Positions 11,437 through 24,653 of a stretch of 64,000 nt of DNA are shown here, piece after piece. The notes under the pieces were generated by a model. That model was not told the origin of the DNA. It was given only the letters and a program-made list of their open reading frames with translations, and did not search any database. Source of the stretch: Octopus vulgaris (lineage: Eukaryota); the NCBI GenBank assembly GCA_951406725.2, contig OX597818.1, positions 124,868,001 to 124,932,000 of the forward strand, in the 5' to 3' direction. The position numbers and the translations under genes are program-made. Numbering within the stretch: position 1 is the first letter of the stretch; the number at the start of each line of letters is the position of its first letter.

Positions 11437-12704
11437 TATTTTTATATTTACTTAAGGGCAAAACAAAATATTTTCACATTATCTGCATTATCTACAGCTA
11501 AGGTTTTCAAATATATAACTGTAGATTTATCTCCATTAGACAAGGTTTGCATGCATGCCTATATGACAAGCAACAGCACAACTTCCATCTACCAAATTTA
11601 TTTTACCTGCAGGGTATTGGTTAACCCAAGGCTATAATAGTAGTCATATGCCCAAAGCACCTCACAGTGGGATTGAACCTGGAGTCACATTACTGCAAGG
11701 TGAGTACCTTAACAACATAACTAGGTCTTCTTTCATAATTTCTACTGGTTGCTTTCATCTAAACCAGGAAGGGAAATTCTCAACAGAGGAGGGCTGACGA
11801 GTTCAACAGAAATAATTTTAATTTTAGAAGTGAGAACAATTGATTACATACACCCTGGAAAGAATAAGTGAATTCTAAGTGGGAATTTGAACTTGGTACA
11901 TACAGGCCAATATCAAAATACCATAAGGGAGTTTGATTGTACCTTTATCCATTCTGCCAAACGATTTCTAAATTTGGCACTTTTTTTATTTTTTATTTTT
12001 TTTTTATAAGGAAAGGCAATGGGGTGTTATAGTTGATGAATACTGACCTCAGTAGATGAATGGAAATGATATATTACTGGTACTGATAGGGAGATGAGAA
12101 GGTAACTGAATTCAGGATCTGAATTCAGAAATGTAGAGGGATGAAACTAAATTACTATTGTTTCTAGACACAAGGCTAAAAACTTTTGAGGAAGGGATGT
12201 TAACTGATTAAATTAACCCCAAAACTTAATTCATGCTTTATTTTATTGCTCCTGAGAGGATGAAAGAGAAAGTTGAACTCAGTAGGATGAGGACCAGAAC
12301 AAATAACACATATCAATCTGTCTGTACATCACTAACAATTCTGCCAATCCACCATGTTTTTTTTTCTTTTTTAATTAATTATTTCTAATTTAGGCATGAG
12401 GTCTGCAATTTTTAAGCTAGAGGGCTGGTTGATTACATTGACCCAAATACTTGATGAGTACTTTATTTTATTGTCTAAAGGGGATGAAAGGCTAATTTTA
12501 GTGTCTGAGGGGATGAAAGACCTTGGTGAGATTTAAACAGAATGCAAGGAACTGGAACAAATACTGCAAGGTATTTTATCTGATGCTCTTGTGATTCTAC
12601 CAATTCGCAGCACTAATAATAATGATGATGATGATAATCATCCTTTCTACAAAAGGCATAAGGCCTGAAATTTGGTGGGATGGGTGCTAAGTTGATTACT
12701 AGTA

Positions 12705-13075
12705 CACCGGGCGAAATGCTTAGCGGTATTTCATCTGTCTTTACGTTGTGAGTTCAAATTCCGCCGAGGTCAACTTTGCCTTTCACCCTTTCGGGGTCGA
12801 TAAATTAAGCACCAGTTACGCACTGGAGTCGATGTAATCGACTTAATACCTATGTCTGTCCTTGTTTGTCCCCTCTATGTTTAGCCCCTTGTGGGTAATA
12901 AAGAAATAGGTATTTCATCTGTCTTTACATTCTTAGTTCAAATTTCACTGAGATCAACTTTGCCTTTCATCCTTTCGGGGTCGATAAGTTAAGTACCAGT
13001 TGCATACTGGGGTTGATCTAATCGACCCCCCCACCCTCGTCCCCCAAAATTTCGGGCCTTGTGTCTAGAGTAGAA
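12705..13075 (+). mobile_element. SINE family B head-to-tail dimer inserted into an opposite-strand B copy (about 12640-13190)
   Basis: Junction AAAGAAATA|GGTATTTCATCTG at 12909; minus-strand B tail at 12640-12700 and head at 13075-13190. Confidence 0.75.
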
Positions 13076-13207
13076 AAGGATGAAAGGCAAAGCTGACCTT
13101 GGCAAAATTTGAACTCTGAACATAATCTCAGAAGAAGTGCCACTAGGCATTTTGCCTTGTGCAGTAATGATTCTGTCAGCTCATCACCTTAATAACAACA
13201 GCAGTAG

Positions 13208-13570
13208 CATCATCATCATCATTATTGTTCGACCGTAGTTGAGACAATGGAATTTACCATGCTATGCCAGACTTCACAGTCCATCACAGTCCTGTTGCTG
13301 GATGCCTGTATCCCTGGAGATTACATCAGGGTAGGAGAGTGTGCGCCCTCTGGTATCGCGACTAGATGGCTTCCAGAGGAGAAGAGGAGAAATTGCCTCG
13401 TTTTCAGCTCTACAACAATGTCCAGCAAACTGGACACTCCTACCTTTCACAAGAGATGATACAGGTGGTAGTTTCCCATATATTTGCATTTTGGTTGGAT
13501 GACGCTTCCACGAGAGAGTTTGAGCTCTCATAAGGAGGCGAGTGTAGGTTCCATCCAACCGCCTCTCAAG
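13208..13570 (-). mobile_element. RTE-type LINE 3' fragment (ORF C-terminus plus (TGA)n tail)
   Basis: LERRLDGTYTRLLMRAQTLSWKRHPTKMQIYGKLPPVSSLVKGRSVQFAGHCCRAENEAISPLLLW; paralogue at 17988-18345. Confidence 0.85.
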
Positions 13571-13589
13571 CAGTAGCAGTAACAGCAAC

Positions 13590-13970
13590 AACAACAATAA
13601 TCACATACAAGATACTATCAATCCAATAGAACACTCTTCACACACGCTATACAACAAGCACTTAATAACCTAAAGCAACACAACTCATGCAACATATACC
13701 AGACGGGACTAAGACCCAGTAAAATATAAAATAACACAACTCACATTACACACACCACGCAAGACAGAACATACCCCAGTACAACAAGAAACATGAAACT
13801 AAACCCTATAACAAAACAAACTGGTGCAGTACACCAATAGGACGAGTCTATACTCTGCCAATCCCTGCAAAATAAGAATGCAATGCAGCATACACCTCAA
13901 GAACAAGGAGATGCACCGGGAGATGCACCAGGAAATGCAGGAGAAACCTGCATGAAGCTACCAAAAAAAA
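13590..13970 (+). mobile_element. Possible R4/Dong-clade LINE 3' end
   Basis: Starts with ITYKILSIQ*, similar to the AHILHKTLSIH* end of the element at 57482-58085, followed by a CA-rich 3' UTR. Confidence 0.35.
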
Positions 13971-13992
13971 ATGCTCACAATAATAATGAATA

Positions 13993-14410
13993 CTCTTTTA
14001 CTCTTTTACTTGTTTCAGTCATTTGACTGTGGCCATGCTGGAGCACCGCCTTTAGTCGAGCAAATCGACCCCGGGACTTATTCTTTTGTAAGCTCAATAC
14101 TTATTCTATCGGTCTCTTTTGCCGAACCGCTAAGTGACGGGGACGTAAACACACCAGCATCAGTTGTCAAGCAATGCTAGGGTGACAAACACAGACACAC
14201 AAACACACACACACACATACATATATGCACACATATATACATATATACGACAGGCTTCTTTCAGTTTCCGTCTACCAAATCCACTCACAAGGCATTGGTT
14301 GGCCCGGGGCTATAGTAGAAGACACTTGCCCAAGATGCCACGCAGTGGGACTGAACCCGAAACCATGTGGTTGGTTAGCAAGCTACTTACCACACAGCCA
14401 CTCCTGCGCC
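13993..14410 (-). mobile_element. SINE family A, full length
   Basis: High identity to the family A consensus. Confidence 0.9.
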
Positions 14411-14756
14411 TATGTTTAAAAATGTTTTTTAAAATTCTTAAATATTTTTCTCTTTTTTTTTTTTTGGTGGTTCCTCTCACCCAGCCACCCCACCTGGTGC
14501 TATTACAGAGCTTCAATATTTTCTGACATTGCTGACAACAGAGTAGCATGAGATGCATCTGTGACAAATTCAAAGGAACTGAGGCTCAAATTTTAAATTA
14601 GAATATTCCAAAGGGGGAATCTATTTGATTTGCATTATCAATGAAATATGTCAGAGAACGATCAGAATCGAAAGCACTAGAGAGAGGAGGAGAAGGAGGA
14701 GGAAAAGTGGCAATGGTGGTGGTGGTGGTAGGGGTGTTGCTAATGTATATGCTTAC

Positions 14757-14872
14757 CCACCCCTCCATGCCTTCTGTTCCAAGCCCACATCTTTTACAGA
14801 TGAATTCCAGAAGATGAGTCAACAGGATGTCTATCAGATTCAACGTTAATTATTGGAGCAACAGTTACTGAG
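14757..14872 (-). other. Candidate spliced exon (non-coding or 5' UTR/start exon)
   Basis: Minus strand: (CT)n tract plus TTATTCAG acceptor, 116 nt of non-repetitive sequence ending ATGGAGGGGTGG, donor GTAAGC. Confidence 0.2.
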
Positions 14873-14974
14873 CTGAATAATACCAGAGAGAGAGAGAGAG
14901 AGATGTGGATGTTTTTACACACACACACACACACACACACAATAATGTGTATATATGTAAATAGGTGCACCTAG

Positions 14975-15015
<41 letters not shown>

Positions 15016-15618
15016 AACATGTAGAATATAGGGCTTACTTGCAAATTGGAAAGGATTTCTCTTGGCTTATGATGTATATGTTATTCTATATATTTTATAT
15101 ATGTATGTATGTATTTATTTATTTATGTATGCATGTATATGCACATACATATACACACAAACGTGTGTATATCTGCATCTATTCACTTATATAAATACAT
15201 GTGTGTGTGTGTGTGTGTAGCTTTTTTTTTTACTTGTTTCATTTGACTGTAGTCATGCTGGAGCACTTGCCTTGAAGCGTTTTTGTCGAACAATTCGACC
15301 CTAGGGCTTATTTCTAAGCTCAGTAATTATTTTATCAGTCTCTTCATTGAACTGGTAAGCTACAGGGACATAAACACACCAACTTCGGTCGTCAAGTGCT
15401 GAAAGGTGGGACAAAAACACACACACACACATATATATAAATAAATATAGGACAGGCATTTTTCAGTTTCCATCTGCCAAATCCACTCACAAGGCTTTGG
15501 TCAGCCCGAGGCTATAGTAGGTGCTCTAGGTGCCACACAGTGAGACTGAACCTGGAACCATGTAGTTGGGAAGCAAGCTTCTTACGACACAGCTATGCAT
15601 GTATTATATATATATATG

Positions 15619-15810
15619 ACCTCGTGTGTACCGTTGGCGATTTTTTTTTCCTCTGTCTTCCCTTCTCTGGATCTTTCCTTCTCCTAAGTTTCCGACGAAG
15701 AGCTCCACTCGAAACATTAAACCCTCCTTCTTCCCTTCTTTCCTGAGCGTCCAATAATACTATATTTGTTCCATGTCCTCGCGTTGTTGTGCTTTCTTGT
15801 TTGGATTAAC
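15619..15810 (+). mobile_element. ~200-bp pyrimidine-rich hammerhead-bearing repeat, family H1 (decayed ribozyme at 15688-15722)
   Basis: Aligns along its length to 46232-46435; GTTT CCGACGA A GAGC TCC ACTC GAAAC ATT AAAC carries transitions relative to the intact copy. Confidence 0.75.
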
Positions 15811-15823
15811 TTTATAATATATA

Positions 15824-16310
15824 CAATTTGGTTTTGTGCCAAGGAGAAGCACCACTGATGCTATGTTTCTGGTAAGGCAGCTGCAGGAGAAATACCTGGC
15901 CAAAGGAAGACATGGACAAAGTGGTGAAGCATGATCTTCGAACTTTGGGCCTCATGGAGGCAAAGTGGCTGAGCTCCTTTCAAGTGTTGGCCCTCTCGGA
16001 GGCAATAACTGAGACGTGGTATTACGTTGTGCTTGAGATGAAGCCCCAGCAAGCTAGGTAAAATTGCAGTCATTGCAGATATGGGCCTCATGGAGGCAAT
16101 GACTGAGACATTTGAAGCATTTTTTAAGCATTGGGCCTCACGGAGGCAAAGTGACTGAGCTCACTTTGTGTGTTGGCCTTCATGGAAGCAATGACCGAGA
16201 CCTTGGCATTAAGTTGTGTTTGAAAAGAAGAACCACTAAGCTGAGCAAAATCGCAGTTGTTGCAGATACCAGTGTCATGCAAATGGCACGCAAAAGCACC
16301 CATTACACTC
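15824..16310 (+). mobile_element. Internally deleted RTE LINE fragment with local tandem duplications
   Basis: QFGFVPRRSTTDAMFLVRQLQEKYLAK (RT domain) joined directly to a C-terminal RKTW..VVKHDLRTLGLMEA-like segment, then repeated GGCCTCATGGAGGCAA units and the start of the family C 3' UTR. Confidence 0.8.
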
Positions 16311-16311
16311 T

Positions 16312-16345
<34 letters not shown>

Positions 16346-16354
16346 CAATGATGA

Positions 16355-16388
<34 letters not shown>

Positions 16389-16682
16389 GCGAACTGGCCA
16401 GTATGTAAGAATAAGGAGTGGAGTTTTTGTGTCCATATATATATATATATATATTCATGTGTGGGTGTCTGTGTTTGTCCCCACAAATACCACCACCATT
16501 GATTGACAACTGATGCTGGTATGTTTAAGTCCCCCATAATCTAGCAGTTCAGCTTCAGCAACAGACACTAATAGAATAAGTACCAGGCTTACAAAGAAAA
16601 AGTCCCAAGGTTGATTTCTTTGACTAAAACCCTTTAGGGCAGTGCTCCAGCATGGCTGCGGTCAAATGTCTGAAACAAGAAA

Positions 16683-16720
16683 ATATATATACATACACAC
16701 ACACATACACACATATATAT

Positions 16721-16755
<35 letters not shown>

Positions 16756-16926
16756 CACATACATATATATATATACATATATACATATATACACACACAC
16801 ATATACATATATACATATATACACACACACATACATATATACATATATATATATATACATACATATATATATATATATACATATATACATACACACATAT
16901 ATATATATACATATATACACACACAC

Positions 16927-16968
<42 letters not shown>

Positions 16969-17028
16969 GTTTAAATATTTGTTGTGCAAGATTTTTTTAT
17001 ATATATATATACACACATATATATACAT

Positions 17029-17073
<45 letters not shown>

Positions 17074-17295
17074 TATATATATACATATATATACATATAT
17101 ATATACATATATATACACATATATATACATATACACACATATATATACATATACACACATATATATATACATTCACACATATATATACATATACATATAT
17201 ATATACATTCACACATACATTCATACATGCATGCATACATACATATATGCATGCATACATACATACATATATATACATACATACATACATACATA
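16683..17295. repeat. Long compound (TA)n/(CA)n/(TACA)n microsatellite
   Basis: Directly visible. Confidence 0.95.
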
Positions 17296-17987
17296 TTAGT
17301 TGCATGTGTGTGCTTATGTGTTCAACATGTGCAGTGCAGCAGTCTGCTCAGTTGCACTAGAAATACCCACACTATCATCTGCAAAGATGGTGATGAAATT
17401 GATTTTTTTTCTCTATCCTTTTATTTCTATATTCCTAGAAATTCCATGTTTATTTCTTCAGGCTCACCATAAAGAAGGGAAAAAAAAGGGGGGGGGGGGA
17501 TGGAGTATTAATCTTTGAATGTTGAGAAATGCTTAAAAACTGATGGCAGATATAGTAATTTATATGGGCATGTTTATTCACCAAGAAAGGAAATGCAAAT
17601 GGCTTGCTTGAATATAAAGAACAACAGGCTCAGGAGAAGCTGATAGCTATCGAGCTTTAGAGGGAGACAAAATTATCCCTTAAAAAAAAAAAAAAAAGTG
17701 TAATACAAATGCCAAGATCGCTGGCTGAAGGAGTATAATATTGGACTACATCTGAATGCATTGCAGGGATAGCAAAGCAAAGATATTCCCAGCGAGCACT
17801 AATATTGCTTAGTCACCGACTGAGCTGATACAGTGGTTTCCAGCAAACAGCTGACAAAGGATATGTCCTGCATTCAACAGTTAGTAAATAAATGGGTTTT
17901 CATGCATTCCTATGATGAGTATTCAGTCATTCAATCAGCTGAACCACTTGCTCGTTGAAAATAACTGTATAAGTAGCTGAACATTCC

Positions 17988-18345
17988 ATCATCATCATCC
18001 TCATCATTGTTTGACCGTGGTCGAGACAATGGAATTTACCATGCTACGCCAGACTTCACAGTCCATCATGGCATTACGGAGGTCCTGTTGCTGGATGCCT
18101 GTATCCCTGGAGATTACATCAGGGTAGGAGAGTGTGCGCCCTCTGGTATTGCGAGCAGTTGGCTTCCAGAGGAGAAGAGGAGAAATTGCCTTGTTTTTCA
18201 GCTCTACAACAATGTCCAGCAAACTGGACTCTCCTACCTTTCACAAGAGATGACACAGGTGGTAGTTTCCCATATATTTGCATTTTGGTTGGATGACGCT
18301 TCCACAAGAGATTTTGAGCTCTCATACGGAGGCGAGTGTAGGAAC
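17988..18345 (-). mobile_element. RTE-type LINE 3' fragment
   Basis: YTRLRMRAQNLLWKRHPTKMQIYGKLPPVSSLVKGRRVQFAGHCCRAE...DTGIQQQDLRNAMMDCEVWRSMV; (TGA)n tail. Confidence 0.85.
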
Positions 18346-18796
18346 ATTCCATAGGCATATGTGCCCCTTCACATGATTCTCAAACTCAGCATGATACAGT
18401 GCGAGAAGGTCGGGACATCCAAATTACAGTTACAAGCCATCCAACAGGCATCCACACAGAGGGTTAGTTTGGATTGATTCCAAACTATTTAACCCTCTAG
18501 CATTCAGATTACTCTATCAAATGCAATACTTATCTTTTCATCTATCTTTTCTTTTATTTGTTTCAGTCATTAGAGTGTGGCCATGCTGGGGCACCACCTT
18601 GAATTTTTAGCCAAATGAATTGAACCCAGTACTTGTTTTCTTCTCAGCCTGGTGCTTATTCCATCAATCTCTTTTGCCGAACTACTAAGTTATGGGGACG
18701 TAAGCACACCAACACCGGTTGTCAAGCGATGGTGGTGGTGGAGCAAACACAGACACAAAGACACACATATAATAGATTGTTAGCTCCTACATACAT

Positions 18797-18956
18797 TTTT
18801 TTCTCTCCTTGTTTCTTTCTGTGTATCTTTCTGTTGAAGAGCGTAGGCTCGAAACGTAAAAGACTTTTTCTATTTCTATTCCTGAGTGCCATACTAATAC
18901 ATTTGTTTGTTTGTACTCCACTTGCCTTCGTCTTTTATTTATTTTCGCAAATCTTC

Positions 18957-18960
<4 letters not shown>
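18797..18960 (+). mobile_element. ~160-bp pyrimidine-rich hammerhead-bearing repeat, family H2
   Basis: Homologous to 43455-43600 (minus); lies in the microsatellite of a split SINE A (tail 18550-18775, head remnant 19795-19856). Confidence 0.7.
18826..18863 (+). ncRNA. Minimal type I hammerhead ribozyme-like motif, A6U core variant
   Basis: Stem I TCTTT/AAAGA; core CTGTTGA plus an extra A; stem II GAGC-GTAG-GCTC; GAA; palindromic stem III ACGT; cleavage triplet GUA. Confidence 0.6.
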
Positions 18961-18991
<31 letters not shown>

Positions 18992-18992
<1 letters not shown>

Positions 18993-19789
18993 TAGCAGCA
19001 TAGCCCGGTGTTGCCCGGGTATGTAAGAGCCCCTAGTAGGCAACGACTAATCCCAATCTAGTCTTTTCCCTCTAGGGAACGAAGGCGCATGTGTAGGTTG
19101 CAATGTCTTCCCTTCACTCCCAAATAACTATCAAACGGCTATCGATAATTCAACCCAACCAATTCCTACCAGGAAGAAAGTACATTCGAGACTTTACCCC
19201 CAACACCGCCACTTCTGCTAATAGCTGCTGCAGCCGCAAGTTATTCGAATACTTTTTTTACTTACACTTTCTTTATAACTACCACCCCAAACGTTTTACC
19301 TTAAATTTTTGACGTACCCTAAGGGTCCTCGGACGCTACTTGCAAACTCTTGGTTTATTATAAACCCCTTTTTTCGTGTGCATCAAAAAACCTTTTCCAT
19401 TCGTTTGTTCAGTTTGGTCACTTTTGACTTTTTTGTTGTTGTCACTCACATTGCTGCCCGCTTTTTTGCCGTTTTTGTACATTTTTATACATTTTGGGAT
19501 ACTTACCCCACGTGTTCCGAGAGTTAAAAAGGTCGAGTTGCGTCCCCTAGACAGTCTGTAGAAAATGTGTTGCATATAAAAAGCTTAGATTCTTGACCCA
19601 TGTCGAATTTATTGATTTTTTTCAGAACTGGGGGAACTTTTCAAAATTTTCGCTGCGTTAGTTTTGAATTATGACATTGGGCTACGTGTGTGTCAAGTTT
19701 CATCAAAATCGGTTGAAAGCCATGGTCAGGGTGAGGGTACAACCTGACAGACACACAGACAGACAAACTGCCGTTTATATATAGAGAGA
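18992..19789 (-). mobile_element. Non-autonomous Helitron
   Basis: Minus strand begins TCTCTCTATATATAAACGGCAG with (GTCT)n and ends with hairpin CCCGGGCAACACCGGG then CTAG; inserted between A and T with no TSD. Confidence 0.85.
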
Positions 19790-21002
19790 TATATGATGAA
19801 CTTTCAGTTTCCATCTATCAAATCCATTCACAAGGCTTTGGTTGGCCTGAGGCTATCTTTGTGAGGCTGAATCTCCCTGAGAACTATTTTAATGTTATGC
19901 ATGTTTGTGGAGTACTCAGACATTTGTGTGTTAATTTTATCCTCGTGTGGTAATGCAGAGTGAAATTGACAGCCAATATTTGCTTTGTCAATGTATCTAT
20001 ATATGAACTTTTCTTTGGTTTTATGTATCTGTCTCTCTCTCTTTCTCTTTCTTTGTGTCCCTCTTCGCTCCCACTTTTGATTTAACTATGTATCTACTTC
20101 TCTTGCTATGTGATAAACATTTAAAACTATAAAATGAATGCCGTCACCACTACTGTCTCTTTCACTCTCTCTTTCTCTCTTACGTCCTCTCCCTCTCTCT
20201 CTTACGTCCTCTCTGAAACATTTAAAAACACAAAACGAATGCCGTCACCATTCACTCTTTCTTTCATTCTCTCTCTCTCCCACTCTCTTCTTCTGTCCTC
20301 CTCTCTTTCGCTTTGCCACTTCAAAGGAGTGAGTGTGACGCACACAACAGGTACGTACTAAAACAAAAAGTTAACGTATTAATATTATTGATGATAATAA
20401 TCCTTTCTACTAAAGGCACAAGGCCTGAAATTTTTAGGGAGGGGGTAACTAGCCAATTACATCAAGCCCAGTGTTTCACTGATACTTAATTGTATAGGAG
20501 AAGATAGGTCAAGATGCATCTGGTTGTGGCCAATCACACTGATGCGTGCTTGGAAGGTTCTGCTGCAGGTTGGTCACTGGTGGTCTGGGAATGAAGGCAA
20601 GGAGTTGGATCTGGACTTGCATAGCTTACATTTTCTTAGAGCTCCTGTGATCCTATTCTGTGTGTGTGTGTGTGTGTCTGTGTCTGAGGATGTCCCCCAC
20701 CACAGCCTGACAACAGGTGTTGTGTTTACATCCCCTTCACTTAGCAGTTCAGAAAAGAGACCGATAGAATAAGTACCAGCCTTAAAAAAAAAAATAAAAT
20801 GTGTCTAGTCCATGCTGTAGAGTGGTTGGTTATTGAAAGGATATCCATCCATCCATCTATAAGAATTATGCAAAACAACAGAAATTGATGATTTCTCTTG
20901 TATTTCGTGACAGATGATTTAAAGGCTGCAACATATGTCCAAACCATGTTAGTACAGACATAAAGACAGACAATGATGATGGTGGAGGTAATGATGATGA
21001 TG

Positions 21003-21413
21003 CGGCGAGCCGGCAGAAATGTTAGCACGCCGGGCGAAATGCTTAGCGGTATTTCGTCTGCCGTTAGGTTGTGAGTTCAAATTCCGCCGAGATCGACTTT
21101 GCCTTTCATCCTTTTGGGGTTGATTAAATAAGTACAGTTATGCACTGGGGTCGATATGATCGACTTAATCCGTTTGTCTGTACTTGTTCATCCTCTCTGT
21201 GTTTAGCCCCTTGTGGGTAGTAAAGAAATAGGTATTTCGTCTGCCATTACGTTGTGAGTTCAAATTCCGCCGAGGTCGACTTTGCCTTTCATCCTTTCGG
21301 GGTCGATAAATTAAGTACCAGTTACGCACTGGGGTCGATGTAATCGACTTGATACCTAAGTCTGTCCTTGTTTGTCCCCTCTGTGTTTAGCCCCTTGTGG
21401 GTAATAAAGAAAT
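21003..21413 (+). mobile_element. SINE family B head-to-tail dimer
   Basis: A full monomer, then a 5'-truncated monomer starting GGTATTTCGTCTGCC at 21231. Confidence 0.85.
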
Positions 21414-22849
21414 AGACATATAAATATATGCAGTATAGAATTTCCAAACACTAGTGACAATACTCAAAACATGTAGCAAAGTTGACATTGTCAACTCAGA
21501 AGCATTTACAATCATTACTTAATATTTAACGAGTGTTTATCAAGAAATTTATTTACTCATACATTCTCTTAATACATTTGCTCGTGTGTGTGTGTTATAG
21601 ATAAGTTGATAATACAATGCTTTAAAACTTTAGGGTTCTAATGACTAGAAGCACACACTAAAAACAAAACATAACGGAATTACTGTTCAAATTTTTAATC
21701 TCACACAACTAAGTAGCACTTGGGTGTAAAGTTGCACAAGGATCTTTATAATCACTTACACAAATATTTTGTGTACAGACATAAAGAAAAGAGTAGATAC
21801 ATATGTCCATATATATATATATATGAACAATAACCTCAAAGTATAGTTTCCAAAACTTAAGACTTGACTTGAAGATAAACAGTGTTTAAATTCCATCTCA
21901 GTCTCATTCCATTATAGGGAACAGCAAACCTTTGTTTCACAAAAAGATTTCATTTCAACAACTCATTCTTAATTCATGCAAACAGAGCGTCATAAACACT
22001 TAAGATAATATGGCTTTCAATGTGGCTGGGTCAGAGGTTAACTAAAAAGAATCTCAAAGAAAAAAAAAAACGCTAAAATAGCATAGGAAATGGTACACAC
22101 AATTTTATTGTATGGATATAGGTTTTAAACCACTAAGGAGCTCAAATGTTATTTTGTCGTGTATCTAAGGGAAGATGGGTTTTGCCAGGTTGACAATTTT
22201 CAGAAGCTTACATAGTATTTCTCAATTATTGTAGCTGCTAAATAAATATATACAAGCTAAATGAAGGCAAGCCCTAACAAGGAAAAAGGAAAGGCAAAAT
22301 ATGGTGGGATGTAAATTTCTATCTTCTGCACTCATATATCCCATTCATTCTCTATTTGAGGTTTACTGTAAAGCAGTCTCTCTCTCTCTCTCTCTCTCGA
22401 CTGCTTTGCAGATGCATCTAGTCTATTGTATGATCACTCCACTCCCTATCAAATCAAGTAGAATCAGCTGCCATTGAACCAATTTCCATAACCTGCCAGT
22501 CTACTGCAAGCTTGCCATTCCACCAAGTATTCATACTCCAAATGAACCCACCAGTCCCCAAAGATCTCCCAACTCTGATAGTCACTCTGTGACCTTCAAA
22601 AGTATCTGAGAAACACTGGCTCTTCATCTGCAAGAAACAAATCTACAATCTACTTTAAGCCCTCTCCTCCACTCTGAGCAAACTACAGCAAGCATCCCGC
22701 AAAGGATTCTTAAACAAGATGAGCAGTAACTCCAAGTAAAATCCATACGAAAAGATGTGGATTCCGCAACCTACAAAGAAAACAACTGGTCTAGGATAGC
22801 AGCAATTGCTGACAGTATAGTGGGGAGACTTTCAGTACTAGAGCTGTAG

Positions 22850-23705
22850 GGTCACAAACATGATTAAGAATGAGGACAAAGAAAACAGCAAAGACTCTCA
22901 AGGATAGTCATTGAGATGCTGAAAATATCCATCAAAATAGATGTAGAGTACAGGGAAATGTAATACTCAATGATTGGCGAAATGGTACCATCATCAATGC
23001 CAGCGCCACCCCGACTGGCCTCGTGCCGGTGGCATGTAAAAAGCACCATCCGTTCGTGGCCGTTGCCAGCCTCGCCTGGCCCCCATGCCGGTGGCATGTA
23101 AAACGCACCATCCGATCGTGGCCGTTTGCCAGACTCGTCTGGCACGTGCCAGTGGCAAAAGCACCCACTACACTCACGGAGTGGTTGGCGTTAGGAAGGG
23201 CATCCAGCCGTAGAAACATTGCCAGATCAGACTGGGCCTGGTGCAGCCTTCTGGCTTCCCAGACCCCAGTTGAACCGTCCAACCCATGCTAGCATGGAAA
23301 GCGGACGCTAAACGATGATGATGATGATGATGATCAACTGCTACAAGGTCAGAGGGGATGCACTAAAAAGAAGCAACTACAGACACATCAAATCAACAGG
23401 CAAAGCTATGAAAGTAACAGGAAAAGTTTTAACATACGTAACTGACAAGCAAGGTAATTAGCTGAGATACGGTGTGAAGTTTCTGCCAGAGCAGGATATC
23501 GCTGATATCCTCTTCCTAGTGAGACAATTACAGAAATTTTTAGCTAAGAGTAGCTACTTATACCTTCATTCATTGATCTAGAAAAAAGCCTTTGACAGGG
23601 CATTGCACACTAGTTTGCTGGTTACTAAGAAAACTAAGTGTAGGGGAATGGCTTATGAAAACCAGGAAAGCTAGGTACAAAGTTGCTATGAGCAAGATGG
23701 GAGTT
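22850..23705 (+). pseudogene. Degraded RTE LINE reverse-transcriptase fragment interrupted by a family C element
   Basis: With frameshifts: LNDWRNGTII.NCYKVRGDALKRSNYRHIK...IADILFLVRQLQ...FIDLEKAFDR...VCWLLRKLSVGEWL, matching RTE RT motifs. Confidence 0.8.
22998..23333 (+). mobile_element. Family C element (RTE 3' UTR with internal tandem units and (GAT)n tail)
   Basis: Repeated GTGGCATGTAAAAAGCACCATCCG units, then GGTTGGCGTTAGGAAGGGCATCCAGCCGTAGAAAC...GGAAAGCGGACGCTAAAC(GAT)n. Confidence 0.85.
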
Positions 23706-23719
23706 CAGGTGTTTTTCTT

Positions 23720-24653
23720 TTATCTTTTAATTGCTTCAGTCATTAGACTGTGGCCATGTTGGGGCATTGCCTTGAAGAAATTTTAGTTGAATGAATTGAC
23801 TTCACTAGTTTTGTTTTTTTTTAAGCCTGGTACTTATTCTATTGATTTCTTTTGCCAAACTGCTAAGTTATGGGGATGTAAACACAACATCAGTTGTCAA
23901 GCAGTGAGGGGAGACATCCTCAGACACACACACAATGGGCTTCTTTCAGTTTCTGTCTTCTAAATCTTCTCATAAGGCTTTGGTCATCCCAAGGCTACAG
24001 TTGAAGACACTTGCCCAAGGTGCTACACAATGGGACTGAACCCAGAACCATGTGGTTGGGAAGAAAATCTCTGACCATACAGTCATGACTGTGCCTGCTC
24101 ACTTCTTCTTCCCAAACTACTGACAATAGGAAGGAACAGTCAACAAACCATATTAAATTCATTAAAAAAAAAGTCTTCAGGACCTAATTTCAATCTGAGA
24201 CTAAGTACAATGTGATGAGCCTGGTCTTTCATTTTTACATTTCTTTCTTTCTTTCCTTTCTTTTACTTGTTTCAGTCATTTGACTGCGGCCATGCCGGAG
24301 CACCGTCTTTAATCAAGCAACTCGACCCTGGGACTTATTCTTTTGTAAGCCCAGTACTTATTCTATCGGTCTCTTTTGCCGAACCACTAAGTAACGGTGG
24401 AACATAAACACACCAGCATCGGTTGTCAAGCAATGCTAGGGGGACAAACACAGACACACAAACACACACACGCATATATATACATATATACGATGGGCTT
24501 CTTTAAGTTTCCGTCTACTAAATCCACTCATAAGGCTTTGGTCGGCCCGAGGCTATAGCAGAAGACACTTGCCCAAGATGCCACGCAGTGGGACTGAACC
24601 CGGAACTATGTGGTTGGTAAACAAGCTACTTACCACACAGCCACTCCTGCGCC
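23720..24653 (-). mobile_element. Two SINE family A copies (old 23720-24090; young 24260-24653)
   Basis: Both match the reverse complement of family A. Confidence 0.85.
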
